64,000 nucleotides of DNA from Octopus sinensis (lineage: Eukaryota), in assembly GCF_006345805.1 (NCBI RefSeq), contig NC_043006.1:41354001-41418000 (forward strand). The letters are read 5' to 3'. Numbering within the stretch: the first letter of the stretch is position 1; the number at the start of each line of letters is the position of its first letter. Positions 14,534 through 28,228 of this stretch are shown here, piece after piece. A model generated the notes under the pieces. That model was not told the DNA's origin. It searched no databases and saw nothing but the letters and a program-made list of their open reading frames with translations. A program made the position numbers and the translations under genes.

Positions 14534-15179
14534 ATTTCAAACACATATAAACTGGCAACGTAAAACTAGAAGATAATCTATTCACCAACTAACATGATGG
14601 TAGTTGATGGATAAGTCATCTTTGATAAAAGTACATTTATGTATTATTAATGAAAACGGAAAGAATTGGTTTCTGAGGTTAGAAGAGACGTAAATCTAAT
14701 TTTCTCTTCTTCCTTTCCTTTTTCCGTTTTTATTCATCCTTTGTCTCCTCACCCTCCTTTTTGCAGCAATCTCCTCGTTGTTTTATTCGTGGTTTCTCAT
14801 GTACCAGCGTCTTGTCTTTCAAATAGAACGAACCATGTGCCCAGACTGTAGAGATTGCTCGGAGACACAAGAAACGCTATAGATATTTGCTTGAGTTGTA
14901 AGAAAATATATATAGCTCTTATTTTAGTACAGTGTGCATTAAATGATACATATGCCGAAACAGTTCTATATTTAAGAGATGAGGAATTATGTACATTACT
15001 TACACTATTTACATTTGAAGGATATTTGTCCTCATCTTGTTTGTTGTTAACACAACATTTCGGCTGATATACCACCCAGCCTTCACCAGGTGTCTTGGGT
15101 GGAAATTTTGAATATGGCTTCTCATTCCTAAGGTACTTTTCGATGTTATTATTATTATTATTATTACTATTATTATTCA

Positions 15180-15252
15180 GGTCACTGCCTGGAATAGAAC
15201 TCGGAGTCTTGCGGTTAGTAGCCTGCGCTCTTAACCACTACGACATACGCCC
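15180..15252 (-). promoter_or_regulatory. tRNA-like Pol III head (A and B boxes)
   Basis: gggcgta TGTCGTAGTGG ttaagagcgcagg ctactaa ccgcaagactcc GAGTTCTATTCC aggcagtgacc. The mirror copy has TGGTGTAGTGG and GAGTTCGATTCC with an internal deletion. Confidence 0.75.
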
Positions 15253-15361
15253 ACGGGCATATGGTGTAGTGGTTTCCGAGTTCGATTCCAGGCAGTGACC
15301 TAATATTAATAATATCGAAAAATACCTTTGGTATGAGAACCCAGGTTCGAAATTTCCCCAA

Positions 15362-15407
15362 GACACCTGATGAAGGCTGGATGGTATATCAGCCGAAACG
15401 TTGTGTT
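15362..15407 (+). ncRNA. Minimal type I hammerhead ribozyme motif
   Basis: gacac CTGATGA a ggctg-gatggtatat-cagcc GAAA cg TT gtgtt; stem I gacac/gtgtt, palindromic ACGT stem III; mutated mirror copy at 15049-15094. Confidence 0.7.
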
Positions 15408-16755
15408 AGCAACAAACAAGATGAGGACGAATATTCGTCAAATGTAAAAAACGTAAGTATATGCTGAAGTTTAGAAAAGTCTGATGCATTCTGTGTTTTA
15501 CGATTAAACTTTATAGATTATGCATGACATTAACTTAACTTTTCATGAAAATCGTAACATACGAACTCCGAAATATTTGCAAAGTTTAAAATATAGGCAA
15601 TTATTTTGCATATTTTACGGTAATTCTCGACAAATTATTACCGTTCTCACATATTTTATGAGCAATACTAAAATCCAGTGAAGAACTGATTTGTGTTTGG
15701 CATTTTACTGATCTAGGAATATATTTTTCAGTATTTATCTTAAGGCAGTTTTTCCTACAGTTGACAATGTATATTCTTTTGGCAACAAAATCTTCCTTGC
15801 CGTGTAAAGAGACCGGTTGACATTGATGGCATTTGTGTTTGTTTTCGATTAGGTATATCATGTATAGCTGTTTCTTCAGTTACTGCTTTGAAAGAGTTAT
15901 ATAAACCACATCATGACACTACTGACAGCTTGTAGGTGTAATCTTGCTTCATATCACGAGGAAATAATTATCTCCCTTGTAATAGCCGTGACCGTTAAGG
16001 GAGCATCAGCGTGTGAATGTATATATGTGTGTGTAAGTGTGCATGCGTGTGTGTTTATATATGTTTAACTATTCACTTATTGTTTTTTTTTTTCTATTTT
16101 CGTTCTCGCGAAATTCAAGCCTGTTGTAATCAAAGTGACAAGGTCTCTTTGCGTCAAGTCAGTTCCTGTGATTTGCGATTATGTCAATGAATTACTGTAC
16201 GCATATATTCGTAGGTATATATGCGGATATACTTGATTTCATGAAAATGAATGCATATGTCCTTCTCTAATACATAAGTGTGTGTGTTTGATTACATATT
16301 TTGTATGCATGTGCATGTCAAATGTACACCTGAAATTATATGTATGCACTCATTCAAGGGATATCAAACACACGATCCTTTGAATGGTTCACAAGTCTTC
16401 ACTGTGGAACTAATCGATTGGACTTGCTTTGTTCTCCCTCGGAAAACTCCATAATTTTCGGAGCGTTATGCAGATGTGTTGCTCAACTTTGCACATAACG
16501 TTTATCTTCTTTTATTGTCCTACGTCTTTCAGTCTTTGGACTGCGGCCATGCTAGAGCACCGTCTTGAAGGATTTCGGTCGAATGATTCGGCACCCATAT
16601 TTACTTTTTAAAGCATGCGACTTATTCTGTTGGGCCCTTTTGCTGAACTGTTTGGTTAAGGAGATTTAAAAAGGAAACACTTTTCGTCAAGTGGCTGTGT
16701 ACAAACACAACCCCCAAACCACACACACACACACACACACACTCATGTATTATTA

Positions 16756-16837
<82 letters not shown>

Positions 16838-16954
16838 TATTGGAGAAATTATACAAAATATATAAATAGATGATGAGTAAAGCACCAGCACAGTATCGAT
16901 TACCTGTTGTTATCCGTAGATTTATTGCAGAAACTTCGTAGTGGCGGTTTGGGT

Positions 16955-17229
16955 AAGAATATTAATAAACTAGATGGAATGAGTAAAATATGTTATTAGG
17001 TACGACACATATTTCGACACGTTCTGGGTCTCTTTGGGTACAACGATAAAAAAAAGGCTTACTAGAGATTTTCTGATTCGGTTAATATGTCCATCAACTT
17101 CGAGAATCAGGAAATTTCAATAAGATTTTTTTTTTTATCGATGTACCCGAAGAAACGCAGAAAGGGTCGAAACATGTGTCGCACCTAATAAAATATTTTA
17201 TTCATTCCTTCTATTTTATTAATACTTTT
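16955..17229. repeat. Fold-back palindrome with a hammerhead-like motif in each arm
   Basis: Arms are reverse complements. Right arm 17143-17184: gtac CCGAAGA ..gggtc GAAA catgtg TC gcac, then aataaa. Confidence 0.8.
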
Positions 17230-17586
17230 ATATATATATATATATATGTATGTATATATACAGCAATAAGGAAATGAAAGGGATCAAGAGGTGGTATTCA
17301 TCGACGTGTAGACATTATATTATGTCTGTTTATTAAAAAAAACAATTATAATATACATGTATGTATAACACATTGTGCTTTACATATATAATATACAAAA
17401 ATACCAGTAATTATTAAAATATATAACGTAGAGCATAGAAAGTAGGATTGTATCTTACATATGTTTCAGCCAAGAGGCTATAGCACCCCACTCTACCTCC
17501 ATCCCTTCAGTGAATTGAAGTATTTGGTGGATAAGATTAAGGTACTTGGGTGTGCCTCTGGACTTTGTCAGAGAGTTTAGAAAGTC

Positions 17587-17751
17587 CATAAGGTTAAGTT
17601 ATAAATATAAATACATACATACATTCTTTTACTTCTACATACAAATACATAAATACAGCAATAATTCTCCCATCTCAACACATGTAATATGTATGTACCT
17701 ATGGGTATGTTTGTACGTAAATATATATATACATATATATGTATTTATATG

Positions 17752-17782
<31 letters not shown>

Positions 17783-18007
17783 ATGTATATATGTATGTGT
17801 GTGTATGTGTATGTATATATGTATGTATGTATGTGTGTTTGTGTATGTGCATATATATACGTATTCCTCATTTATATACCTTTTCATTCCTGCATAACTA
17901 CAATAATCTTAAGATATATTGATTATTTAAATTCCACTATTGTTTCTCTTTTGATAACTTTCTCCTTCCTCTGTTTATACTTTATATAATAAGAATAATA
18001 TAATACA

Positions 18008-18044
<37 letters not shown>

Positions 18045-18071
18045 TACTACTACTACTACTACTACTACTAC

Positions 18072-18120
<49 letters not shown>

Positions 18121-18643
18121 TGATTCCTTTGTATGCATATACATATCTTTATATATAAAAGTGAGGTTGTGTGCTGTCTGTCTCCTACGTTTTAGATTCC
18201 TAACTACTCCCACATTTTGCAGTGCAGTTTAACCAAAACCGGGTATCTTATAGTCGTGATTCATATCGAGCCCTTCTGGGTATTAGCGCGCGTCTACGAT
18301 CAGTCTACGATTAAAAAAAAAATTACCATCAATTTTTCCCATTTTTAATGCATTTTTGGCATATATAAGGGAAGTAACTCTCTAAAAATTTATCATTAAA
18401 TCTCAGAACGTAAAAAGCTAAGGTAACACGCCCCCCCTTTGTGGTTAGCCATATTGAAATGGCTATTATACTTTACATCTCTAAAAATGCTTATATAGTT
18501 ATTTCCCTTACAAACCCGAGAAACGCCGGGCGATACTGCTAGTATATATATAAATACATGTGTTTATGTACATTTATGTATTTGTATGTATATGTAAAAG
18601 TATGTATACATGTATGTATTTATATTTATAACTTAACCTTATG
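17587..18643. repeat. Dispersed inverted repeat (arms about 17587-17655 and 18571-18643)
   Basis: cataaggttaagttataaatataaatacatacat versus atgtatgtatttatatttataacttaaccttatg. Confidence 0.7.
18146..18542 (+). mobile_element. Non-autonomous Helitron
   Basis: A|TCtttatatataaaa 5' end; 3' hairpin cccg-agaaacgc-cggg followed by CTAG|T; no TSD. Confidence 0.8.
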
Positions 18644-18834
18644 AACCCATCCATTTTCTTACTGGTGTATAAATTATGGGCGAAAAAAAACTTTTTACCC
18701 TCATCCATTTATTACATTCAGTAGTGTAATTGCCATGCAATGAAAAGACACTTGTGTATTAACAATTGGGTATTCTACCAGCAGTATATTGAATAGATAT
18801 TACCACTTAGTTTGTTGGATTCCCAACCTCTTGG

Positions 18835-18894
<60 letters not shown>

Positions 18895-19867
18895 CTCAGG
18901 TACAGGTACGTCAAACTAATACAACTGCTTGCTCTTCATACACCTGTCTTCGTCTTTTATTTTTTAATTGTTTCAGTCATTAGAAAGCGGTCAAATCATC
19001 TAGGGCCAACATAGAAGAGTCTTTTATTCATTAGGATTGTCTTTACTTGAACAAAAAAAAATAAAGAAAAAAAATCAAACACCTAGTGGCAATTGTAGCC
19101 AACTCCAAATATAAAGAAGAGATAATTTCAATAATAAAGAATTCTCAGAAATTGACTGTCGATTAGAAAGAAGGATATATGTCAATACCTGCTGACCGTT
19201 GATATATGCTATTATTTCTCCTCATTCAGTCGGCTGCAATTGACACCAGGTATTTGTTTACCTCCTCTCGAAGAGAAAGTAGGTTAAATGAACCAACATT
19301 TATCGTGTGTGGCATTTTGTACATCTTTATTTGGCTTTATTTTTCTAAATTTTTCCTTTGGATAATTTGTGCTCATTTTTGCCTCGATTATGCAAATTTC
19401 TGTCCGCAGTAAATGAGTAAAACAGTTTTTTCATATGTTAAAGTCTTATGTCTGATTGCATTGAAGGTTCGGTAATTGCCGTGCTGAGGATACCTATTGA
19501 GGCATATACACTTGTGCACAACTGTACTTGTGTCTCTAGAACAGAAAATAATATTTTCCATAATTGTAACAATAATTGATTCTTTGTACTATCTACTTTT
19601 TTCATTCGGAGTCGGTTGCAACGCCGCCAGGCAGTTATTTACTTTGTTACGAATCAAAGAATGTGTCACTGGAACCTGAATTTATTCAGTATGTTATTTC
19701 GTGTACCTTTACATCTGTTAGTTGTACATATGTATATACGTTCTTCACACTTACATAATACATATACACACGTACACACACACATATATACGTGTGTGTA
19801 TATATAATGTGTATGTATGTACATATATATATGTTTGTATATGCATGCACAATATATATATATGTAT

Positions 19868-19939
<72 letters not shown>

Positions 19940-20489
19940 ATTATAACATACATGATAACAATAATGCACATAGCCATGAACATGCTCACACATACAGGCA
20001 CACATAGACAGCCCCTTACTGACACATATATAGTTGTCTCAATGTATATCGAGTGTGTATAAATACAAACGAATAGAAAGCTGTTTGAGATGAGTTCAGC
20101 CGTCTCCAGCCTTCAAATGAAGCTGGAAACAAGTATTAGTTATTGAAAAGCAGAACCACTGTTCTTTAATTTGGGTGTTTTCAAAAATAAAAGAATAAAA
20201 GCAATCCGGATACGAAACACCTATATCTAATACCTGTCGTCAGAAATAGCCTCGAGGGAATTCAATAGTTCTGGCCGTTGTCACGAGATCCATTTCAAAC
20301 CCATTTTTTTTTTCAGTTTTCATGCTCCATTATGTGTTTCTATAGAATTAAAATATCTGTCACATTACGAAACATATATACAATTCATGATCATCTAAGC
20401 TAATAGTCCGAAAATCTGTTTTTATTTCTACGATTACATTTGCTTTGGATTAACCAAAATTTTCAGGTACCAAATAAATTAGCTTGCGG

Positions 20490-20943
20490 CATATAGACTC
20501 TGACGTGGTTGTGTGATAAGAACCTTCCTCCCGAACCACATGGCTTTGAGTTCAATTCCACTGCTGGCACCTTAGGCAAGTGTGTGCTACTATAGCCTTG
20601 GGCCGACCAGAAACCCATCGTGTGTGTGTGTTTGTGTTTACGTCCCCATATTGGTGTGTTTATGTCCCCATAAAACAGCGGTTCAGTAGAAAACAGCGGA
20701 TCAGCAGAAGGTGGCAAGCTGGCAGAATCGTTAGCACGCCGGGCGATATGTTCAGCGGTATTTCGTCTACCGTTACATTCTGAGTTTAAATTCCGTCGTG
20801 GTCGACTTTGTCATTCATCCTTTCGAGGTCGATAAATTAAGTACCAGTTACGCACTGGGGTTTATGTAATCGACTCAATCCCTGTGTCTGTCCTTGTTTG
20901 TCCCCGCTATGTTTAGCACCTTGTGGGCAACAAAGAAATAAGA
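20490..20943 (+). mobile_element. SINE family B fragment followed by a SINE family A copy (20711-20943)
   Basis: gagttcaattccactgctggcaccttaggcaagtg, then ggtggcaagctggcagaatcgttagcacgccggg. Confidence 0.75.
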
Positions 20944-21134
20944 AGATAGCGATACAATAAACACCAAAAATGAAATGGGGTCGATTCATTCAACAAAATA
21001 TTCTTGAAGGTGTTATTCGAGTATGACCGCAATCTAATGACTGAAACCAGTAAAAGTTAAGAGATAAGAGATATAGTTTCGTTACTCAAGATACCATATT
21101 CGAACACCCCTGGCTGTATATTTCTCTTTTCTAT

Positions 21135-21600
21135 TGTCGACGGTCACTGGAGTATGTGGTGGTGGACTTTCGCGTTGCATCAACAACTGAAAGTTCAGTA
21201 AGACACAGTTACACAGTGTTTATAGTCCAAGTTGAAGGAAAACGATATTCAACGTATGGTCACCCGCGTGTAGGGTCAAACTTTTAGACTTCCAACTGCA
21301 TTCTCTGTCTGTCAACGTCACCTCTTTCCCTATAACCACTGTCTTATGCAGAAAATGTAGTGGTGTTCTTGCTGGTATCTTGGTTTTCTGAGGATCAGGA
21401 ACAATGAATATTATTATAGTGGTATGGTTTGAGTAGATTCAGTCCCACACTCTCATCCTTCAAACTTGCATTGCTCTGATACAAGTGCCACTTGCCAAGT
21501 ATCTATCGAGACTCTGGATTTTCTTGGAGTTGTCTTGTCTAAGATGAGCAACCAAAGATCCTCAGAGCCTCATTTACTATGCGTCCGTTAATGTGTCTGT
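21135..21600 (+). mobile_element. Possible highly decayed LINE ORF2 3' end
   Basis: Only faint similarity to LINE C-terminal motifs; many stops. Confidence 0.25.
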
Positions 21601-22315
21601 GAGTGACCTTGTGGAATTGGCATACAAATTGCATGACAAGCTAATTAATCCATAGATGGGACTCTGAAGGATGTTACTGCTCTGGATCAGAATAGACTTG
21701 GGAATAACAGTGGCTAAAAGGTGGTTTGAAACCAAACCTCAAACGCAGCTACTCTCAAACCAGGGTACCACTATCGGATACAGTTTAAAGTCATATCACG
21801 GTCGCAATGGAATAAGTATCAGTATTGGTATTTATTTAGATAAGTTTACTATTTCTCTTCCAAAATTACCATTGTTCATATCAAAGAGAAATCAGTGATG
21901 ACATGCTCTCACATATTCTAGTGTCATGTGTGCTAATTTGCATCAATATAGACGAAGCTAAGGATATATTAACGTTTCTCTGCCAATTTCAATTACTAAA
22001 GCCTCAATATTAGACTGGCCTGAAGCGTACTGATTTCGTCAAGTCTGCCGCTACTTGTAGTATTTAAGCAGCGCAAAATTTGAATACAACCTACCATAAT
22101 CTACATATAGATATGTTCTATGTAACTTCCTCACTTCCCTCTATGCCAATGCCATGAATAATCTCATTTGCAGACACTTCAATGGACTCATACGTGAGGC
22201 TCTGATGATCTTTGGTTGCTTATCTTAGACAATACAACGCCAAGGAAATCCAGCGTCCCGATAGATACTGAGATAGAGGCACTTGTTGCATCAGTACACA
22301 CACACACACACACAC

Positions 22316-22350
<35 letters not shown>

Positions 22351-22509
22351 AAATCTGAAGAGTCTACTAGAGTAGATGCAAGTGCTAATATGATTTATAA
22401 AAACATGTGACATTAATGAAAATCTGTAAATATAAAAACCATCCAGATTTTTGACTACCTTATTTCTTCTAATATATAATACCTGTACATCACCTCAAAA
22501 CCTAATATA

Positions 22510-22680
<171 letters not shown>

Positions 22681-23186
22681 AGAGAGTGAGGGAGAGATTA
22701 CGAATGGAACAAGGGAAATACGAGCCAAGTGCTGGACATCGTGAGAGGTTGGAAAAGGCAAACAAAAAATTAAAAGTTTGTACGTAAAATGTAAATAACA
22801 TACACACACACACACATACAAGAGACACAAAGCATAGTGAACAGTGAATTGTACGCCGAGAAGAGTAAAAGGAAGAGAAGTAGACTAGCGTTTCGGGTGA
22901 ACCTTTTAGCAAAGTGGAGGAAGAAATGAATAAGCAAGAAGAAAAAAAGAAACAAGAAAAGAAACGATATCCATTCAATGCTACGAGTGAATGTGTATGT
23001 GTGTGTATGTGTATGGAAAAAGATTGTCATTACATAAGCCTCATGAAAGTACTAGCTCATTTCTATATGGTAAAAAATCAGACTAAGTTGGAATTTCATT
23101 GACTAACACACGCACGCACACGCACACACACACCACACACACACACATATATATGTATGTATGCATGTATGTATGCATATATACTA

Positions 23187-23436
23187 TTGTGTCTGGGGAG
23201 GGTCATTTTCTTTTTGTGCCTATTAATTTAACACACCGGTAAAACGTTCACTTATTATTTTTATTTTCTTAAAATGTTCGTTGCGTCTTGCAACTTTTTC
23301 AATAGTCTTGACGATAGAAAAGGTTGTAAGATGCAATGAAAATTTTAGGAAAATAAAAATAAGAAATAAGTGGAAATTTTACCGGTGAGTGTGTTAAATT
23401 ATAAGGCACAAAAAAAATGTCTCTCCACAGACACAA
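23187..23436. repeat. Fold-back palindrome of about 250 bp
   Basis: ttgtgtctggggag...tttaacacaccggtaaaa...ttgcgtcttgcaacttttt mirrored by aaaaggttgtaagatgcaa...ttttaccggtgagtgtgttaaa...ctccacagacacaa. Confidence 0.85.
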
Positions 23437-23511
23437 CAGAATATACTTCACCACACACGAACTCATATAAAGAATTTTGCAAAGCAAATCCCAAAACGAA
23501 AAATATATATA

Positions 23512-23607
<96 letters not shown>

Positions 23608-23618
23608 CTATATATTAT

Positions 23619-23703
<85 letters not shown>

Positions 23704-24279
23704 GTATCTATGTATATAAATATTCAGCTTCATATTACTTGCGAGTTTGTGGGTTGTTGGTTTTCTTTGACGACCTTTGTGCCTACGTGTAAGCACTCAG
23801 TGCTGGTGTTGAAAAGAATCATACTTGATTAACCAGTTGACAGCTATCGTGTATATATAAAATTTCGTTATTTTACAGATATCTCGTTACAGGTGAGCAG
23901 AATTTTGAATATACACTTAAATATATGTAGCATATCAATGGTTTGAAGTATAATATGACAGATTATAATAGAAATTAAAATATATAAATTTACATATGAC
24001 ATATTCAACGTTTCTAGAATTACGTAAAATACTTGGTTGAAATTGTATAGAATTCTTTAAAATGAATTCTTATTGATTGAATTTTATTTTTAGTCTACGT
24101 GGTTCTGTCAGATACCCCAAATCTTGATAAATTTACTGACATTCGAAAAACAAAATGGACTGAATATGTTAGTATAATTCTGCATAATATATATATATGT
24201 ATCTGTTTATATGTATATATATATGCGTGTGGGTACATGTCTACGTATATGTGTGTGTGTGTATAGCTGTCTGTCGTTT

Positions 24280-25200
24280 TAATATATTTTGGCTTCCTGC
24301 TATGCTTGTAGGTGTTGGAAAGCTAGTCTAGCGACGCGTCAACGCCATCGACCTCTGTTAAGATGGAATCGATAGTCATCTGTAGGCTGAAAGATTTGAG
24401 TGTCTTGATAATGTGTTTCCACAATCGGTCTGGGGCAGGACTAGAGGCAGTTTTAGAGATGCTTTGAACGTCATCTCTGGAAATTCCGAAGGTCACAGAG
24501 GAGACGACCTCTCTCGTGTGTCAAGCAGGAATAAGCCAATCAGCTTGCATACACCCGACTCTCCATACGGCACCAGCTCACGCCAGAGGAACTGTACGTG
24601 TCGGATATCTTTACCGATGTATAGCCCCCACTCAAATGTAGGGTGTTTTTAGCAGGGACGATTAGTCCTATATCACTATCTCTTATAGCGTGCAAACTAT
24701 CTACTCTAATTAGAAGGTCATTGGCGAGTGAAACAAGTCTACAATATCTGGTTGAATATATCTGCCTTTCTGTTTCTCTGGAAAGTTCCCAAAGCAATGT
24801 ATGATCTCGCCACTATTCTACTACATGTTGTTGGATTTCCTAATATCATTATTGATTTTTTATAGACTATCCTTACTCACTAGGCCTGTATCTGATTATG
24901 CTGGATTGATTAGCGTACGTTTGGGATTAGAAACAAATTTAGCTTTGTAGTCTTTAATGATAATGAAAACCTTGCATTCAGGGAGGGTTTCTATTTTACT
25001 CTGTATATAGCTTAGTGGCTATGTACTTGGTTCCCTTATTAAGCTGTTGTATACAAGAGGTCTGGACTTGGTGGAGTTACTAGTGACGTTGTTATGGAGT
25101 AACTGTACGTATGTATTGTTAAATGTATTGCATATACTCCTCCATATACACTCCATATCGAGGTCATCTTTTGCTGTTACATAATGTTTTATAGTTCCGT
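24280..25200 (-). pseudogene. Decayed Penelope-like reverse transcriptase
   Basis: Minus-strand fragments IIKDYKAKFVSNPKRTLINPA, YIQPDIVD, VCKLIGLFLL, GISRDD and NTYKHSRKP match PLE RT motifs (LKDHK..CRLINP, FDIxDFYPSI, ELVGL, GLYRDDGL). Confidence 0.8.
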
Positions 25201-27612
25201 GTATATATATATATACATGAATGTGTGTGTATGTGTGTGAGTGCTTCATGTTTACCAATATATTTACCGATAAATCGGCTGTTTTTCCGAAGTTTTCACA
25301 GATTCCTCAAGAAATAAAGGAGAGCGATTGAATTATGTCAACAGAAACTCCAAAATAACTGTATCAACACCAGGTTTTACGACCCGAAGCCACTTCAACT
25401 CATAAAAACCGTTTTTGGTAACCGTTTGATATGGCAATAGAGCCATCAGCTCTTCATGAGACTCCGTGTTGCGGTCTCAGAGGATATTATGCGGTCGCAC
25501 TGGATATTATGTTCCTAGATGCATTATATTCGAATAGCAGACGGAATGATCACGGCTGGACCGCCTTTAATTATACGTCATCTTGATCAGATTTGACACG
25601 GGGATAAGGATCAATAACAAGATCAATGATAGAAATTAAGGAACGTTATATAAAAATACCCCTGCAAAAAATAAAAAAAATAAAATCGAAAAATAACGCA
25701 TCTTGAAAATGTGTCTAATTTTTTTTTTAACATAACCTGCCTCTGCATCCTAAGCCTTTCCCTCCCTATCCACCATTCACCCCCATCTTCTGTGGAAGAT
25801 TTACTTTATCTCAAACATTTGCAATGGAGAAATGCTAAACAGCAGCAGTAATAACAACAACAAAAATAATAATTATAACGATAATAATATCGGTAATAAA
25901 TAATAATGACCTCCCTCCACACAAGTACATCGGCTAAATTCAATCTAATCTTAAGGAAATTAATTAAGAAGTATAAATATTTATATCTAAAATCTATAAA
26001 CTGTCGGCCGTTTGTCTTTTTGTCTCTGAGCGCATTTGAATATGTTTGTGATAAAAAAATCCCAAGCAGTAAAAAGAAATATAACAACAAAAACAGGGAA
26101 AACAAGGAAGCAATTTTATTCTGTTGCATAAGATCAACTAATTTAATTATTATTTTTTTTCTTTTGTGTTCCAGCTTAAGAAAATATGGTTTCATAACAT
26201 GAAGTCAGCTTTTTTTCACTTTTTTCGTCCATCCATCTCTCTCTCTCTCCATCCTTCCAAATCTATCTCCCCGTAGGCCATTTTTCTTTCTTGTTTTTTT
26301 TTTGTATAATCACCATTTTCTTTACTGCCTCTTCATCCTCTTCTTCTTCCAATTATTCAAATCCTCTCTCACTCTCTCCTTTTCATTCTTATTCACTTTC
26401 TCTGTCTGCAATTTCTAAATTTCCCTTTCATTCCCTCACACATTTTTTTTCTCTGACATTCCCTTTCGTTTCCTCTCATTTCATAGCGTGTCTCTTTTTA
26501 TTCCTAAGGCTTCCTTACAGTTACTTATTTTAGTTGAGATCTCACCAAGACCTGCCTTCAACTGACGACGCTCCAAGGTCTACAGAATAAGTACTATTCA
26601 TGCATTTATATTGATTTAATCAACTAAATCCATTCCTTAATAAATATTTGGTATTCTGCCAATTTATCAAATCATTGTTTCCTCTCTGTCTTCTCTCTCG
26701 ACTAAATCTCTCTCTCTCCCTTTCTCTCCCTACACACACCACACACGCGCGCACACACACACACACACTCACAAAGAAATACACATATTCTATGCACACA
26801 CAGAGAAATATGTACATATAAATCTCTATATATTTTTATCAGTTCAAACATCTATTCTATCAGATATATGAGATACATACGTATTATATGCCTATATATA
26901 TATGCACCCCCCACTCACATACGTACATTATATATTGCATATTTATATGCATGTATGCGTGTGTATATATATATACAAGCACACACACACACACATATAT
27001 ATGTACATTATATATTGCATATGTATATGCATGTATGTATGTGTGTGTGTATATATATATGTCTGTGTGTGTGTGTATATTTACACACATGAAAATTCAG
27101 GAGGTATTGCATGTGAATATATTTATTTAACCACTTATCATTAGGATTACGGCCGTTTCGTAGCCTTAATCATGTAAAGATAATTTTATTGTATAGTGAA
27201 TTATGGTGACATAGAAATATAAACATAATTTATTACACACTGAAATTATGTCTACTTAGATCTGTCTATTATATACTGAAACTAATGTTCGATGAAAATT
27301 GAGAAACGAACGCTATTGTAACGGTGATAAGTTGCTGAATAAATATAATTACCTCTCATACCTTCTGACATTAATGGTTTATATACTTCTCTTGAGATAC
27401 AGAAATTCCTCGCCATATCGCTGTTCAACTATCGCGGTTTATTATTTAAGCTTACGTCGATTCCTCCGTGGTGTTGTTTAGCATTTATAAGAAAATAATT
27501 ATATTCGAATTATAAGAATGATAAAAAGAAATATACAGCACAGTACTTTTTGCACTTCGCGGATTTTCACGTATCACGGTGGGGATTTGGAAGATAACAT
27601 TCGCAATTGTCG

Positions 27613-27688
<76 letters not shown>

Positions 27689-27929
27689 ATATATATATAT
27701 ATATATATATATAATGTACGTATGTGTATGTAATCATACATAAGAAAATTATAATCATCACTAAATATAGCTATAAGCGCGCATATGCAGAAGGCAGTAT
27801 GACAATAATACAGAAATGTTCTGGCGAAAGTACGGGTAATTTTTTACTTTCCCTCGTATGTATATATATATATATATTAGAAATATTGAATTTCTAAATG
27901 TCTCAGAGACATGAGCGGTGGTGGAGCGA

Positions 27930-28176
27930 TAGAGTGGTTGTATAATGTCAACATAACGTGACAGTCCCGTAAAGGGAATTACACCACCGCTATATAGCCC
28001 TAGGAAGAATCGATGCTTCCTGTCGGCTTTGACACATTTCCAGGGTCCTTTGCAAATAAAAGGACACAGGAAATGTGTCAAAGCCGATAGGAAGCGTCGA
28101 TATTTCCTAGAGCTATATAGCGGTGGCGTAAATCCCTTTACGGGACTGTCACGTTATATTGACATTATACAACCAC

Positions 28177-28180
<4 letters not shown>
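27930..28180. repeat. Near-perfect fold-back palindrome of about 250 bp
   Basis: agtggttgtataatgtcaacataacgtgacagtcccgtaaaggga... mirrored by ...tccctttacgggactgtcacgttatattgacattatacaaccact; loop near 28051-28058. Confidence 0.9.

Positions 28181-28228
<48 letters not shown>

Larger units (their letters stand above)
14997..15459. mobile_element. Palindromic element: two divergent tRNA-head + (TAA)n + hammerhead units
   Basis: Arms 14997-15252 and 15255-15459 are reverse complements about the centre gccc-ac-gggc; each carries A/B boxes and an HHR motif. Confidence 0.85.

Noticed and set aside
15601-15861. Cys-containing ORF (CHQCQP..CRKNC)
   Set aside because: No recognisable domain or convincing splice boundaries; the same holds for 29905-30177 and 1640-1897.
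22195-22262. Hammerhead candidate ctgatga..ccaag gaaa tccagcgtc
   Set aside because: No convincing stem I or stem III.
27144-27170. Half hammerhead (gaaa cggccg ta, minus strand)
   Set aside because: No matching CUGANGA found within range.
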